In this document: piece after piece, positions 37,861-50,564 of the stretch
Layout: each line of letters opens with the position of its first letter
Numbering within the stretch: the first letter of the stretch is position 1
Program-made: the position numbers and the translations under genes
The notes under the pieces: generated by a model
Databases searched by the model: none
Seen by the model: the letters and a program-made list of their open reading frames with translations, nothing else
What the model was told of the DNA's origin: nothing
NCBI GenBank assembly: GCA_965637545.1
Contig: OZ281496.1
Location: 27,900,001 to 27,964,000 of the forward strand
Reading direction: 5' to 3'
Length of the DNA stretch: 64,000 nucleotides
Source: Phallusia mammillata
Taxonomy: Eukaryota

Positions 37861-38666
37861 TATGGAACATAGCCTATATTTGTTTTCAATCCCAGTTATT
37901 TGTTCAACTTCAGCTTTTGAATTTGTGTTTTGATATACTTGATCACTGATGACATAGATTCTTGGACAGTTGCGATCGTTAATCGTGTGGTGACTTGGTC
38001 AACGAAATTAAAATTTCCACTCTCAATTCGAAATCGTCGCAAGCGCATTATGAAATCCACGGTCCAAAATTCCAGCAAACGTCATCCACGTAGCATGACT
38101 CATCAGGAACGTGTAAAGACGGAACTGTGATGTTAAGAATTTTCCTGGCCAAATTTGCTCGCTTTGTTTTGTTCAATTTTAGCTGTACATGATCACAAAC
38201 TTATGGGTTTGTTTATTACAATATATAGCAAGAGCAAAAACGCCAACTTTGGCAGTGAAATGCATGAAGAAAATACACACTTTGTTGCATTTTATAATAC
38301 AACAGCATGAAATAAAAAAAAATCTGAAAACAATTCAACACAACGGTTTTATGGCACAAAAACAGATATTAGGCTATATCGGCCATGAATTCCACCTAAT
38401 GTAGTCTCTTGTAAAATACTGTCAAAATTAAGCAAAATTGCATTGAAATCAACCTATACTGTTACAACATCAATTATTTACAATTATTTATCCTGTTTGC
38501 ATTCGGTCGAAGATACTGACGATGTCAGAAACCATTGGTGAAATATGTATTATGGGGGGGAAATTATGTATACTGTATCAGTATCTGCTTGAAACAAAGC
38601 TATTGTACAATAAGTAAGCTTAAAACAAAGGCAATGGTCTCATAACACACAGAAATGTTTTTATCA

Positions 38667-40269
38667 TTATGCGATTTTTTGATGCACCAGTCTGTAGCAT
38701 ACACCAAGCATTAACGCTATTGGCACCACGACCCAGCTCAGTGCGAAGGAATAACCCCAATCTTCAAACACCGTCTTTGTGTACTCCCCCGTAAACACGG
38801 CCATTCCAATAAGTTGAAACAGAGCTGATAAAAAAACATAGTTTAGAATTTCTCTGTGGCACAATTGCAATAACTATAATACTAATTATGGAAACAGGTT
38901 TCCAGAGAAACAGAATCAGTCGTTAAAGGTTTAAGAATATATATTTCGCCTATTGGCATCGTCAGTTCTGTAAAAGCGAGAAAAAAGCAACAATAAAATG
39001 AAGATAAAACATCAACAGGCTAAAAACCAACACCCAAACCACTTCACAGGTGGAAAGGCGCTAACTGTACGCGTATATGGGTCTGGCAAGCAATGACGCC
39101 CAAACTTAGAGTTGTACTTGGACAATAACAGTGATCGTCGTTAAGTATGTTGCCTGTCAGAGGGTCAGATACTGCTCAATCAATTGATTCTAAATAACTA
39201 TAATAAGTTTGACTTTTTATTTGAAAATTTGGTTTGTCCTGATGAAACGTCCAATAAAATCAAAAGCTGGGAAAAAATTGACATAGCCTATTTTCTACTG
39301 ACTATAGCTAGAAATTTCGGAATTTGTGCACCAAACAATATAACATTGAAAGAATAAGAATCAAGTTATAAGAGGGCCCAAACCCATATTTTTTCCAAAA
39401 ACAAAGACCAAATAAGGCATGAAAGTAGAATTGCAGCACAAATAAGACTGATAGTAAAAACAGTCCCGAATCAAGCCCCTTTTATTCCAACTTTTTCTAA
39501 ACCAGACCCGAACAGCCTTCCTTGATTTCTGGCTTTAATAGTCATAACTAATGTTTACATAGAACTTTCCATGTTTGACTTGGGGTAAACTTTCTTAACT
39601 TATTCAGTAAAAAATCATAATGTGCGTTGGCTACCTGCTGTAAGAAATAGATTGGAGGCGACTTTGCACATCCTCGCCATCGACATCCCAACGACCGACA
39701 CGAACCCACACAAACAAGCGACGAACTTTACTAGAAGGGCAGCGATGATGAACATACGAGTAGCCCACACGTAGCCTGCCACTGCACATAGAAATAGTTG
39801 CAATGAAGATTAACATAGCCATAAAACGATATCTCTGGTTCAGAAATTTACAGATGTGTGTTCTTTATAACATTATAACAAGTGTTACAAAAATTATAAC
39901 AAGTGTAAGTGGAAATGCCACAACAGACGACAGGAATCAGCCTGTATAACAGGGTGGTGACTGACGGATCTGTCTTTACTTATTAAACATATCAAATTGC
40001 TTTAGAAGAGTGACAGATCATCAGCGTTAGTGCAATCTTTCTTTTCTTTAAACCATAAAAAATGGGATTCATGTCTCATTAAAGATTCTATTCCACCTAC
40101 CGTTCTGTTTGTAATGCAGACAGATGGGCTGACAACGTTCCCACAATCCAGTAGAAAAGGAAGGATCCACAGATAGTTGTACCCAGTGCACTGTTGCCAA
40201 GGAAACAGCGTTCATTATCACGCCTCCAAGGCCAATGGCAGCCAATAATGCCAAGGCAGCTTTTAACAT
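38667..40269 (-). CDS. PMP22/claudin-superfamily protein, copy B (157 aa)
   Basis: Exons 40269-40101, 39781-39635, 38824-38667; first loop W...STGLWERCQPIC; TM4 preceded by WGYSFALSW. Confidence 0.9.
38930..38975 (-). ncRNA. Minimal type-I hammerhead ribozyme, sense to claudin-like copy B in intron 2
   Basis: Minus strand: AGAA-CTGACGA-T-GCC-AATA-GGC-GAAA-T-AT-A-TA/TTCT. Stem I is AGAA/TTCT, extendable by TTTA/TAAA; stem II is GCC/GGC; helix III is palindromic; predicted cut after AUA, between 38938 and 38937. Confidence 0.65.
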
Positions 40270-40808
40270 GATGGTTGTGGGAAAAGTTTCAGTTCAACAA
40301 AATCCAAAATCCTTATTCTGAGTTTTAGTAAACAACTACAAAAAAGCATAATAGTGACTGCAGCTTGGCTAAAAATGCTTTTCAATTCCTTTGCTTTATG
40401 AATGCGTAATATGACTTTTGCTTCTTTCGTGGACTTCTGTCTTTAAAAATGTCGATTTACAATTAAAGTCCAGTTTACTTATCAAGCACGTAATCAGCTT
40501 TAAATGTTTGTTTTCTATTTTACTGAACACTGCTAAATATAACTTGGAGTTGTTGATGGGAGTTTCGTACGAAAATGCACGCTATTGTCAGACTGAACGT
40601 ATTCAGTCTTTTCTGACATGGCTCGATTTCTCAGGTCCTTTCAATACTTCACGGTTATTGTTTTAAAGAAATTTTCTTCTACGTAACTTCCCCTGTATAA
40701 AGTGCGACAGACCACTTAAAAAGGACATCTACTGCGCAGAACACCACAATGTTTAACCTTGATTGTGTTCAGGATCCAAGTCTTCATGCATTAAATGTTC
40801 ATCTAAAG

Positions 40809-41110
40809 CAGGGGTGGGCAACCTTTGTTACTGTGGGGCCAATTACAAATGTCAAAGTTGGATCGCGGGCCGCACCTGTGTATAACACAAAGTAATTTTG
40901 CTTTGTTGCTTACCAAATATGCTAAACTACAAGTATAATTCGTATTTGATTCCAGCCACATTTTGCCAGGTCGCAGAAAACTAGCATCAGGCGCATTAAT
41001 GAGTTTAAAAATATGTAATAATTGGGACTCGTTTGACAGTATTTTTGAAATCCAAGCGTCTCTGCGGGCCGCACAACCTTTAAAGAAGGGCCGCAGGTTG
41101 CCCACCCCTG
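40809..41110. mobile_element. hAT-type MITE
   Basis: TIR CAGGGGTGGGCAAC / GTTGCCCACCCCTG; TSD ATCTAAAG at 40801-40808 and 41111-41118. Confidence 0.92.
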
Positions 41111-41779
41111 ATCTAAAGCGTTTGTATTCGCTAACTGCAATGTACAAGTTATTTAAACTTGAAACTAAAATCTTCCATGCTTATTGATTCAAATTAATAA
41201 AAACATGAAATCATTTATCTTTACATGACCGCACAGGCGAAAATATGTTTATCTTGAATTCATAAGGATGAATGACGTCGTGTTTTTATAAATTTGAATC
41301 TGCAAAGTACATTTTCGGTAAATTCTGTTAAACCTCCTAATACCTCCACGCCAATGTAAGTGAATAATTTCCACATCGCAAACAAAGCATTGTTATTTTC
41401 GTATGACTCAAATCTTTCATGTGACTTTGTATTGAAAATGCAGCACAGTAAAGGCTTACTCAGCCCGTAGAGGAAATAACTTTTGCGTTCCTTTTCGTTG
41501 GCACCACACGAAAGACGGAAGTATAGCGGAGCCAACGTTCGAATGCGATGCGCTAACAGAAAGATAAACATGGGAATCTCGTTTGATTCATCTATCATTT
41601 GTTGTTTAAGTTCTCAATACGATCGGTTCTTTTAAGAACGTATAATGGCTTTGCGTTTCTATAAACTTTGTTTCATACTAAAAGTCAGTGGAACTGTTTT
41701 TGGCTTTCAAAATTTATCAAAGCATTGAAGAATTAAGGTTAACCTAAAATCAAAACTGTTGTCAGCCTTGATCCGTTCA

Positions 41780-41930
41780 TACAGACGCGCGAGTCTCGGA
41801 AAGACTCCGGTCGTGGGTTCGAATCTCACCGCAGGCTTGGTTTTTCTAGCCTACGCCCTACCATATGGGAATGATTGGCGACCGGTTGATTCGGTACAAC
41901 ACCATCTAATGGGCCTGGCTAACTATACTT
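41780..41930 (+). mobile_element. tRNA-derived SINE of a second family
   Basis: B box GGTTCGAATCTC followed by a body (CCATATGGGAATG...GATTCGGTAC...GGCCTGGC) that recurs, inverted, near 44260-44320, 48620-48710 and 54169-54323. Confidence 0.6.
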
Positions 41931-42677
41931 TGAAAATTGTACATTTAAAACCCAGAAAAGGGTTAAAGGTAACATTCACATTTCTTTGACACAAGGACGG
42001 TCGGAAAACTTCGTTATCGTGAGTCGCTTTTTGTCAGGTACGACAAACATTATTTTATTATTTCTAGTAAGTCGTTCTGCGTGTGGTGAGACCGTTAACT
42101 TGTTTAATCGTTCCTTAACCCATAGCAACCTCGGCCTGTTTGCTAGGCTTGTATACATTATCCTTTTGAGGTTGGACGGTGAAGGTTTTATTTGTCACAA
42201 TAAAAATTAAGTGTGTTGTTAGGGCTGTGATTCTACTACGGTTTTAGTTTAATTTTTTATCAACTCGAAAACATGGCGGTCGTTGCGAGCCGACTTTATT
42301 ACCATTTAGAAGAAATGGTGGAGCTTATGTTTGAAGATAAATGCCGTTTAAACAAGTTTTTATGACCGTTTAACTTTTGTGTTTAAATCCAACCACTGAA
42401 AAGGATGTGGCCCATTTAAATTTTCATTACAACATTCGGTGTTTAACGATGTACCTATTAACGACATATGTAGTATAAAGGCACTTCAAGCTTCTTTTCG
42501 GCAATATTAACTGACAAATTAAAAATTTATTCGCATATATCTTCAACTGAAACAAAAAAATCGCATACAGATTTTAAATTTGTATTGCAAAAAAAATTAA
42601 TTCAAATTTATGAATAACGTAAAAAACTACATGCTGATTTATGTAAGAAAACACAAGCTTATGCAGGTGATTATGTT

Positions 42678-45163
42678 TTAGAGCGGGAGGATAGCGTTAA
42701 TTTGTTTTGTAAGTCCAGAGCCAATTGCAAGGAAAATACACATAACCGCTGACAACCAGCCAAGAATGTAGGAATACCCATAGAATATATCCAGAATTGG
42801 ATCCACGTTTGATGTGAAAAAGGACAAGGCGATAATCTCCATGATAGCTGAAAAAACAAGAAGTTTACGATTGCGTTTTTTGTCTTGTACTGTCAAAAAT
42901 TCAATGAAGTTAAATAAAAATGAAAGTGAACAGATGTGTTGAACACCATGAGTAGATAAATATGCTATTGCGACCAGGCATACTATCAAGTTTTTAGATC
43001 TCTTCTGGAAAATGTATTTTTATTTCCATGTTTCGACGTCCTAGTCGCATTCAGTGTTATTTACCCTGATGATGACGACCTGTATAGGACGTCGAAACGT
43101 CTGAATAAAAGTACATTTGCCAGAAGAGCTCTATAAACTTGACCATGAGTCGATATGGACTTGATCGGTTCAAACCAGTTTTACAAACATGTATCTCGAA
43201 ATTTCTTACCAACTAGCAACAGTTAAGGCCTGAGGTAATAATTTTATATCTGTCACCTAAAGTTTTGAAACTTCTCTATAGTCTAGAATCTTGCATGGAC
43301 GTCCGGTATTTAAATATACTTATGAACACAAATGATTATCCTAGAATATTTGTACTGATAAGACATTCGAGGTATTGTGTCTAACATTAACTTCCGTATA
43401 GCATGGGTGCCATGGTTTCGATAGCAAAACATACGTTTTTATGACCAAGTATTGCTCATCCAGCAGTTTTATTGTAAACAATCGACGTTTCGACGTCCTA
43501 TACAAGTTTTTTATGTTCCGTTGCCATGAAAACATTCAGAGCGTGACCAATTAAAGTGCCAATTTACTTTAACAATGTTTGACCTACAAAACTCTCATTT
43601 TCGAGAAAACCCGTAAAATATTTAGTAGACGACACACAATTCAACAATGTCACTGTTTGTTTTCGAGGTTAAGGCACTACGTCCGGTTTTGCTATGCGAC
43701 GCTGACTGCATTGAGTTTAAATATAGTTAAAAGCAAGTGACTTTATGTCATTTATTCTACTATTAAACCTCCATGCGACATAGACTTGCCTAACAAAGTT
43801 AAAGCAAACACCCACTTTATTACACAGCGTCAAAAGTCCAGTAGTGAGATTCAGCCGTTTCGCACCTGTTTTATAGAACCATCTCACAAAATTTTATGAG
43901 ATCAGCGAACCAGTTAGCATTACTGATTACTGTCAATGGACTTTTTGTAACAGAATCCGCTAAAAAATATAACTTTTGTAAAAAAAAATTGAATCCCACC
44001 ACTGCAACAGTCATCTATGGTAAACACAGGTTGATACCGGAATGTCAGGTAAAAGCCCATTTGCATGGCGTATAAGAAAGCAAGTTGTTGAACTTTTCAA
44101 CATCGAAACTTAAGTTTTTTCGGCAAATGCTTCTGACATCTAAAAAACATCTACGTGCCTTTATGTAAACTTTTATGTAATTAAATTGTCATTTTTACCA
44201 CAAGCTAAAATCTTTAAGACCACGTGATGGTTTACAGTGGTATTTTATACTAGTATTTTAAGCGAATCAAGCTTGTCTCCCAAGCATTTCTATAAATTAA
44301 GGCACAGGCTAGAAAACGTACTATATGATATATAAATGAGCTTTAAGGTCCATCCCAATGTGTTTGTATGTTCATTTTAAACCAGTAGGCTTATATTTTT
44401 TACAACAGCTATGGACAGATGTTGGTCAAGTGTCCTAAGTTGAAACTCTTTTTATTTTTAATACCTGCCAAAGCAAAGCTCCCTGGCAATCCTTTCGCAG
44501 TAATCCAAGCATCCAGAGAATAATTTAGAAACAAAACCCGGAAACAGTGGATTACGGCAATCAACAGTAATATGGTGGCAATTATAGCAAATATCCTTGT
44601 GGGCCAATGAAACCACTCTTCTTGGAAAGCTACATAGAAAAGTATAATTGTTGTATTTAACTGTAAGTCCACCATAACCAAATAGGTTGACCACTTTGTG
44701 GTACAGGAAAACATCAAAAAGTTACAACTAACAATACAAGTATAAAATATAACCGAAAAGCATAAACTTGACTCATGCAAAATCAAAGATTTTTGGGAGA
44801 AAATAAGCAGGTAGCAAGATTTGACTTAGTTTGTTCTGTATTAAATGATTTACATGAAACTGCACGTTTACATTCCATTCAAACTTGTTTACAAGCTAAT
44901 GTAAAAGGTTTTATTCATAGTCGTGTGCGGCAGTATTGTTACACATTCCATTAAAATATTCCTTTACTTGCATTTTTAAATCTAACAAAACCAATATACT
45001 TACTTCCGATAAACGATGAACAAAAACCAGCAAAGCAATACTCCCATAAACCTTTAGAGTCAAGTGGCGACCAGACCCAGACAGCCGTTGTCAGGGATAT
45101 TATTTCAAACAGAAGAGCCACGGAAGCAAAGAATGTCAAAGTTTTGAAACCACAATTCAGCAT
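42678..45163 (-). CDS. PMP22/claudin-superfamily protein, copy C (164 aa)
   Basis: Exons 45163-45004, 44629-44465, 42847-42678; W..SPLDSKGLWEYCFAGFC; WPTRIF; YGYSYILGW. Confidence 0.9.
42959..43141. mobile_element. Hammerhead-bearing fold-back insertion (Penelope-like or retrozyme-like), internally deleted
   Basis: 14-bp TSD ACCATGAGT(A/C)GATA at 42945-42958 and 43142-43155; same left end as the 51813 element; complete hammerhead core on the plus strand. Confidence 0.75.
43057..43110 (+). ncRNA. Minimal type-I hammerhead ribozyme
   Basis: TTATTTACC-CTGATGA-T-GACG-A-CCT-GTAT-AGG-A-CGTC-GAAA-C-GTC/TGAATAAAA. Predicted cut after GUC at 43101. A G-to-T change weakens the first stem I pair. Confidence 0.6.
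43839..44004. mobile_element. hAT-type MITE, same family as 47013-47193
   Basis: Ends CAGTAGTGAGATTC / GAATCCCACCACTG; TSD CAAAAGTC versus CAACAGTC. Confidence 0.75.
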
Positions 45164-47012
45164 TCTGTCTTGTATTCAATTCTGATTCTTTTTAATATAG
45201 GCAACACAACTGTTGTTTAAGAAGATCTTTGATTGAACAAATTCAAGTAAATGTTAGACTTTTTTATATGCTAGGTCTCTTTCTGCGTTTGTAGTTTCAA
45301 TTTTACTTGACTACGTTCGTATTTTAATGTGTCTACCTATAATATTCAAATCGCTGCTAACTTTGGGAAATTGGATTGTATATTGCAATTCTTTCCACAA
45401 TAACGCCTTAAACTTAAAGTTACGATGACGCAAACATGTGTAAAATTCAATTGTTTTACCAAATTTAAATAAACTTAAGCTTAGAAGTAATATTTTTTTT
45501 ATTACGATGCTTCTTTAAAAATGTCCTGAAGTCGTTGGCTGAATTAATTTTCAACTGATCATAATTCGCCTACGGACTCAGTATTTAACAAGTACCCCGT
45601 TTACATTGTGAACGATCGTAGGACGTGTTAATATTGTTTGCACATTCTAAGTTACGATTCCTGGGCACCGTTCCCTTGGAAACAGTTTCGACTGGTAAAG
45701 TTCTTTAGTATGTCGTGTATTGTAAAATGCATTGAGTACGCAAAGTTTTGGGGCAAAATTATTTTTTTAAATATCCGTAATTGGTCAAAACGATACTAAA
45801 GGATTTGGGATATTATTGCTTAAAATGTGGCAAATGTACAAATCAGAGACAAAAGATTACATTTAGAAATGTATTGCACGTATTCATGTTACGACATTAC
45901 ACACAGTATTTCAAAAACTGTCAAAAACGCCATATGCTGTTGTGATAAAAATAATGCTCCTATATCTATCCTCCTACATACTCCAAATCACACGATTCTA
46001 TGGACGCATTGATCTGTTTATTTTTTTTTCAATTAATTACTTTTTTGTGGCGTTTTTATTTCCTTTTTTATTTTTATTTTTTATGTTGTACAACTGTCAC
46101 GTTATATCGTCACTGTGTTTGTGTTGCACCCTGGCTTCTGGCGCCGGAAACTATCCAACAGGGTTTCTTTTGCTGGTTTCTTTTCCTGTTGAACCCCACC
46201 CTCGTTCCCTAACACGGGTGGTTAGCTGTTAGGTCCCAACTTGACTGGTCCCACGAACGTTGCCGCCCCAGTCTTGATATCCCAATGCGCCAACCCCACC
46301 CTCTATAATGTGAGTCCCTGCCACATAACGCCTTTAGTAACGGTGTAGCTACAGCGCGTTTATCATCTTTCCACCAATTGTCGCGCTTTATAACGTCCCA
46401 ACGTTGCGCAGCTATTTCCGGCTTGGTGAATATTTTAGCGCAATTGTGCTGCTATGATTGTATCACCGGCGAAATAAACTCAACTCAACTCAATAAAATA
46501 TCGACGTGTTATTCGACGAATGGTTGGGTTAGGTTATAACTCGCCACAAACGAAACTACACCTGTTTAGAGCTTTATCGACCCCTAACGGTAATGTTGTT
46601 GAAATTGTTTGCAAATCGATTACATTTATTGTTAGGGTACTATTTTCAATCTTTGAAAAAACAGGTTACCGTCATAAAAATCTTTCCGTTATTCTTTTTT
46701 ATGTCTATACCTGTCGGAAATGTCAGTATTTCTTTATTGAACAGCGAAATTATATTATCTTACTGTTGAAAATAAAGTATAAGAAAAACAAACACGGAAA
46801 TCACAGATTGGCATTAGAACATTTGAACAAGTACACTTTGGAACAAAATTAGGCGCAAAATCGTTTAACAAACAAATGCAATAACAGCCCAGTATTGCCC
46901 GTAAAAATACAGCAAACAGCAAACATTGCATTATAGTGTACAAAAGGTTTCATTGTTGGTTGTATTTGTGTTTAAATTTGTTTTTAAATTCAACCACCCA
47001 AAAGAGTGCAAC

Positions 47013-47193
47013 CAGTGGTGGGATTCAGTCGGTTCGCACCGGTTCTATAGAACCGTGTTGCTAAATTTTGTGAGTTCAGCGAATCGGTTAGCATTACTGG
47101 TTACTGTCAATGGACTTTTTGTAACAGAACCGACTGAAAAATATGACTTTTGTGATAGAACCGGTTGACAAAAAAATATGAATTCCACCACTG
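47013..47193. mobile_element. hAT-type MITE
   Basis: Ends CAGTGGTGGGATTC / GAATTCCACCACTG; degenerate TSD AGTGCAAC versus AGTGTAGC. Confidence 0.75.
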
Positions 47194-47437
47194 AGTGTAG
47201 CCCTTTTGAATTTGCATCAAACATTCGGTGTTCAACGATTTACCTATTAACGACTTATATAGTATATAATCAAGGCACGTCTTTTCGGCAATTTTAATTG
47301 ACAAATTGAATATTTATTCCCACATCTTAAAAGAAACGAAAAACAAATTTTAAATTCGTATTGCAAAGAATTTTTTATGAAAATCGTAAGGAATTGTATA
47401 CTACATTTGATTTTAAATTACTACGATCAGATGACGT

Positions 47438-49564
47438 TTATGTGCCGGAAACATTGCGTTGATTTTGAAATATTTTAATTATAGATGCTGAACTAAGGGC
47501 AAGGAAGACACACATAACCACTGCACACCAGCCAAGAATGTAGGAATAACCCCAGGTGACTCCGGTAACTAGATCGATGTTCGCAGTGTAAAAGCACAAG
47601 GACACTATCGCCATACTAGCTGTAAAACAAGAGGTTTAAAGTTACTTTTTTGTTTTGTAGCCTACTAACAAAAGCAACTAAAAATAAATAAAAATGAAAC
47701 TAAAACTTATGTCTTGAACACACGAGTTGGTTCAAACCAGTTTATACCAACCTGTATTTCGTGATTTTTTTTACGAACTCGCAACAGTTAATCTTGGTAT
47801 GCCCGAGTTAATAAATTAATATTTGTCTGCTAAAGTTTTGAATTTTCTCCATAGTCTCAAAGCATGCAAGGACGTCCGGTATTTAAATATAATTTTAAAC
47901 ACCAATGATCAACCTAGAATATTTGTACTGATAAGACATTCGAGGTATTGTGTCAAATATTAACTTCCGTGTAGTAGTAGGTGCCATGGTATTCGTTGGC
48001 ACAACTCAAGTTACAACCGTCTGATGGCATGACAACATTTATGAGCGTGATTAATTTACGCTCCAACCGATTAATCAATGTTTGAGGTACAATTTTTTTA
48101 TCGCACTTGCGAGAAAACCCGTGAAATATTTAGTAGACCGCACACAATACAACAAAGTTACTTGTTGTTTTCGAGCAAAAGGCACTACGTTCGTTTTAGC
48201 TGTATGACGCTTCCTGCATCGAGCGAAAGTGAAAATAATACCATGTAATCTTTAGTCATCTAAACTGCTATTAAAACTTCATGCGCCATGGACCTGCCTA
48301 ACAAAGTGGAAAACAAACCCATTTTACCCAAGTTCGTCAACACTTATCTATTACAAACACAGGGGCGTTAAAATCTAAATGGCGCAGGTGAAAGCCTATT
48401 TGTATCGCGTATTATAGGCCAAGTTATTAAACCTTTCAAATAGTAAAACCTAAGTTAATTTTTTTAGGCTAATGCCTCTGACATAAAAAAAACATCGACG
48501 TACCTTTATACGAACCTATATCTAATTAAATTGACATATTTTACCACAATCGATAGTCTTTCAAATTACACTATCATAGAAACAAACCAAGCACGTACTA
48601 TGGCATTTTATACCATCTTAGTACGCCAGGTCTATTAATGACGTTATACCGAATCAAGTCGGTCACACAAGCATTTCCCATGAGACAATATACAGGCTAG
48701 AAAACGTACTATGATTTAAAAATGGGTATACCGTGATTGCTGGTCTGCATAAACGCTTAAGGGCTGATCCCTGTACGTGTGTATGTTCACTTTTTACTAG
48801 TATATTTTTACACGAGGTCTATGGATGGATGTCGGCCCATTCTCCGGAGTTGAAACTGTTTCTATTTTTTATTGTTGTGCTGAGGTTAACTTTAATTTTG
48901 TCACATTACCTGCCGAAGTAAAGCTCCCTGGCAATCCTCTTCCAGTTGCCCAACCATCAAGAGGAATATTTTGAAACAAAATCCGCAGACAGTGGATTAC
49001 GGCCGCCAACAATGCTAAGGTGGAAATTATTGCAAAAATCCGTGTCGGCCATTGAAACCAAACGTCCAAAGAAGCTACATGGAAAGAGATTGAAGTATTT
49101 AAATGTAAGACCACCGTGTTGACCACTTTGTAGTACTTTAATACCATCAAAAAATACAACTAAGTTTATGAAATATTAACTAAAAACTACATTTGAATTG
49201 TGCATGAGAAAATACTTTTTGGGAGTAAATGGGAACCTCACTTTTATTCGGTAAGTTATCACTTGGTTTGCTCTTTCAAAAGCTCGTGTAACACGTTTTG
49301 TTTGTAGTCATATGTTAATGTAACAATGTTCAACATTCCATAAAAAGATCTATTCCTTAGCTAGCATGCATTTTTATGAAAGTTAACAAAACCAACATAC
49401 TTACTTCCGATAAACGATGAACAATAGCCCAAACTGCAATGTTCCCATGATCCTATATAATCCACTGAGGACACGAGTCAGGCAGCCGTTGCCAGAGATA
49501 TTATTTCAAGCACAAGGGCCACAAAAGCAAAGAATGTCAAAACTACCTAAGCAATTTTCTGCAT
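47438..49564 (-). pseudogene. PMP22/claudin-superfamily copy D, pseudogene
   Basis: Exons 49564-49405, 49074-48910, 47619-47438. Exon 1 has TAG at codon 6 (49549-49547; TTG in copy E), TGA replacing the conserved Trp at codon 29 (49480-49478), and GLW changed to GSW. Confidence 0.88.
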
Positions 49565-50226
49565 TTTGTCCTGTATTTAATACTGATTCTTTTTGATAGG
49601 CAACAAAACTATTGTTTGTAAAGATCCCTAATTGAACAAAGAAAAGTAAATGTTAAACTTTTTTTATGCTGTGTCTGTTTTTGCGTTTGTAGTTTGATAT
49701 TGATTTGACTACGTTCGTATTTTAATGTTTCTACCTACAACTTTCAAATGCGCTGCAAGTTTTGAAATAAAACTTTGGAATATTGACTTCCCCATTGATC
49801 ACTTGTTTTACGAAATTTAAATTTTTTAAAATTTAAAACTTTGGCTAAATTAATTTTCAACTGATACTTCGCCAACGGACTCCGTGTATTTAACAAGTAC
49901 CCCGTTTACATTGTGAACGATCAGAGGGCGTGTTACTATTGTTTGCACATTCTGAGTTAGTCACAATCCCTTGGAAATCATTTGGACTGGTAAAATTCTT
50001 TATGTATGTTGTAAAATGTATTGAGTACACAAAGTTTTTAACAAACGTTGAGGCACAAATTCAAAAATCTGGGTAACTGGTCTAAGGAGTTTGGGATATT
50101 ATCGCTTAATATGTGGCAAATGTATAAATCAGAGACAAAAGATTACATTTAGAAATACAATTGTACGTATTAATGTTACGGCATTACACACAATGTTTTA
50201 AAAACTGTCAAAACACGCCATATACC

Positions 50227-50356
50227 TAGAAACACTATGCACGGACTTGAAAAGTAGTTTAATCATAAACATTACTGCCAAGGTAGTGGTGTATATAGAA
50301 TACATCGTGTAGACGTTTCGACAATATCTGTTGTCATCATCAGTACAAACATGTAC
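50227..50356 (-). mobile_element. Hammerhead-bearing short insertion, second subfamily
   Basis: TSD TATACC at 50221-50226 and 50357-50362; the paralogous site near 45930 (GCCATATGCTGTTGTGA) is empty; shares sequence with 23528-23648. Confidence 0.7.
50304..50353 (-). ncRNA. Minimal type-I hammerhead ribozyme
   Basis: Minus strand: CATGTTTGTA-CTGATGA-T-GACAA-CAGATA-TTGTC-GAAA-C-GTC/TACACGATG. Stem II is a perfect 5 bp; stem I is TGTA/TACA plus CAT/ATG. Confidence 0.7.
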
Positions 50357-50451
50357 TATACCGTTGTGACAAAAAAAATATACCGTTGTGACAAAAATAA
50401 TAAAATATCGACGTGTTGTTCAACAAATTTTGTGTTAGGTTGAAATTGCCT

Positions 50452-50564
50452 GTTTTTTTGTTTTGTTTTTTCACGGGGTTCGAACAAGGTCACTCTCGGG
50501 GACGAATCCCGATCAGGTTTTTCAGTCTCTATTTGGGTCGGGCGCGCCAGGCCATTCGGCCACG
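50452..50564 (-). mobile_element. tRNA-derived SINE, same family as 36790-36910
   Basis: Minus strand TGGCCGAATGG...CCTGATCGGGATTCG...GTTCGAACCCCGTG followed by an A-rich tail. Confidence 0.8.

Noticed and set aside
41260-41598. 112-aa minus-strand ORF between copies B and C
   Set aside because: No motif that I can recognise and no splice signals.
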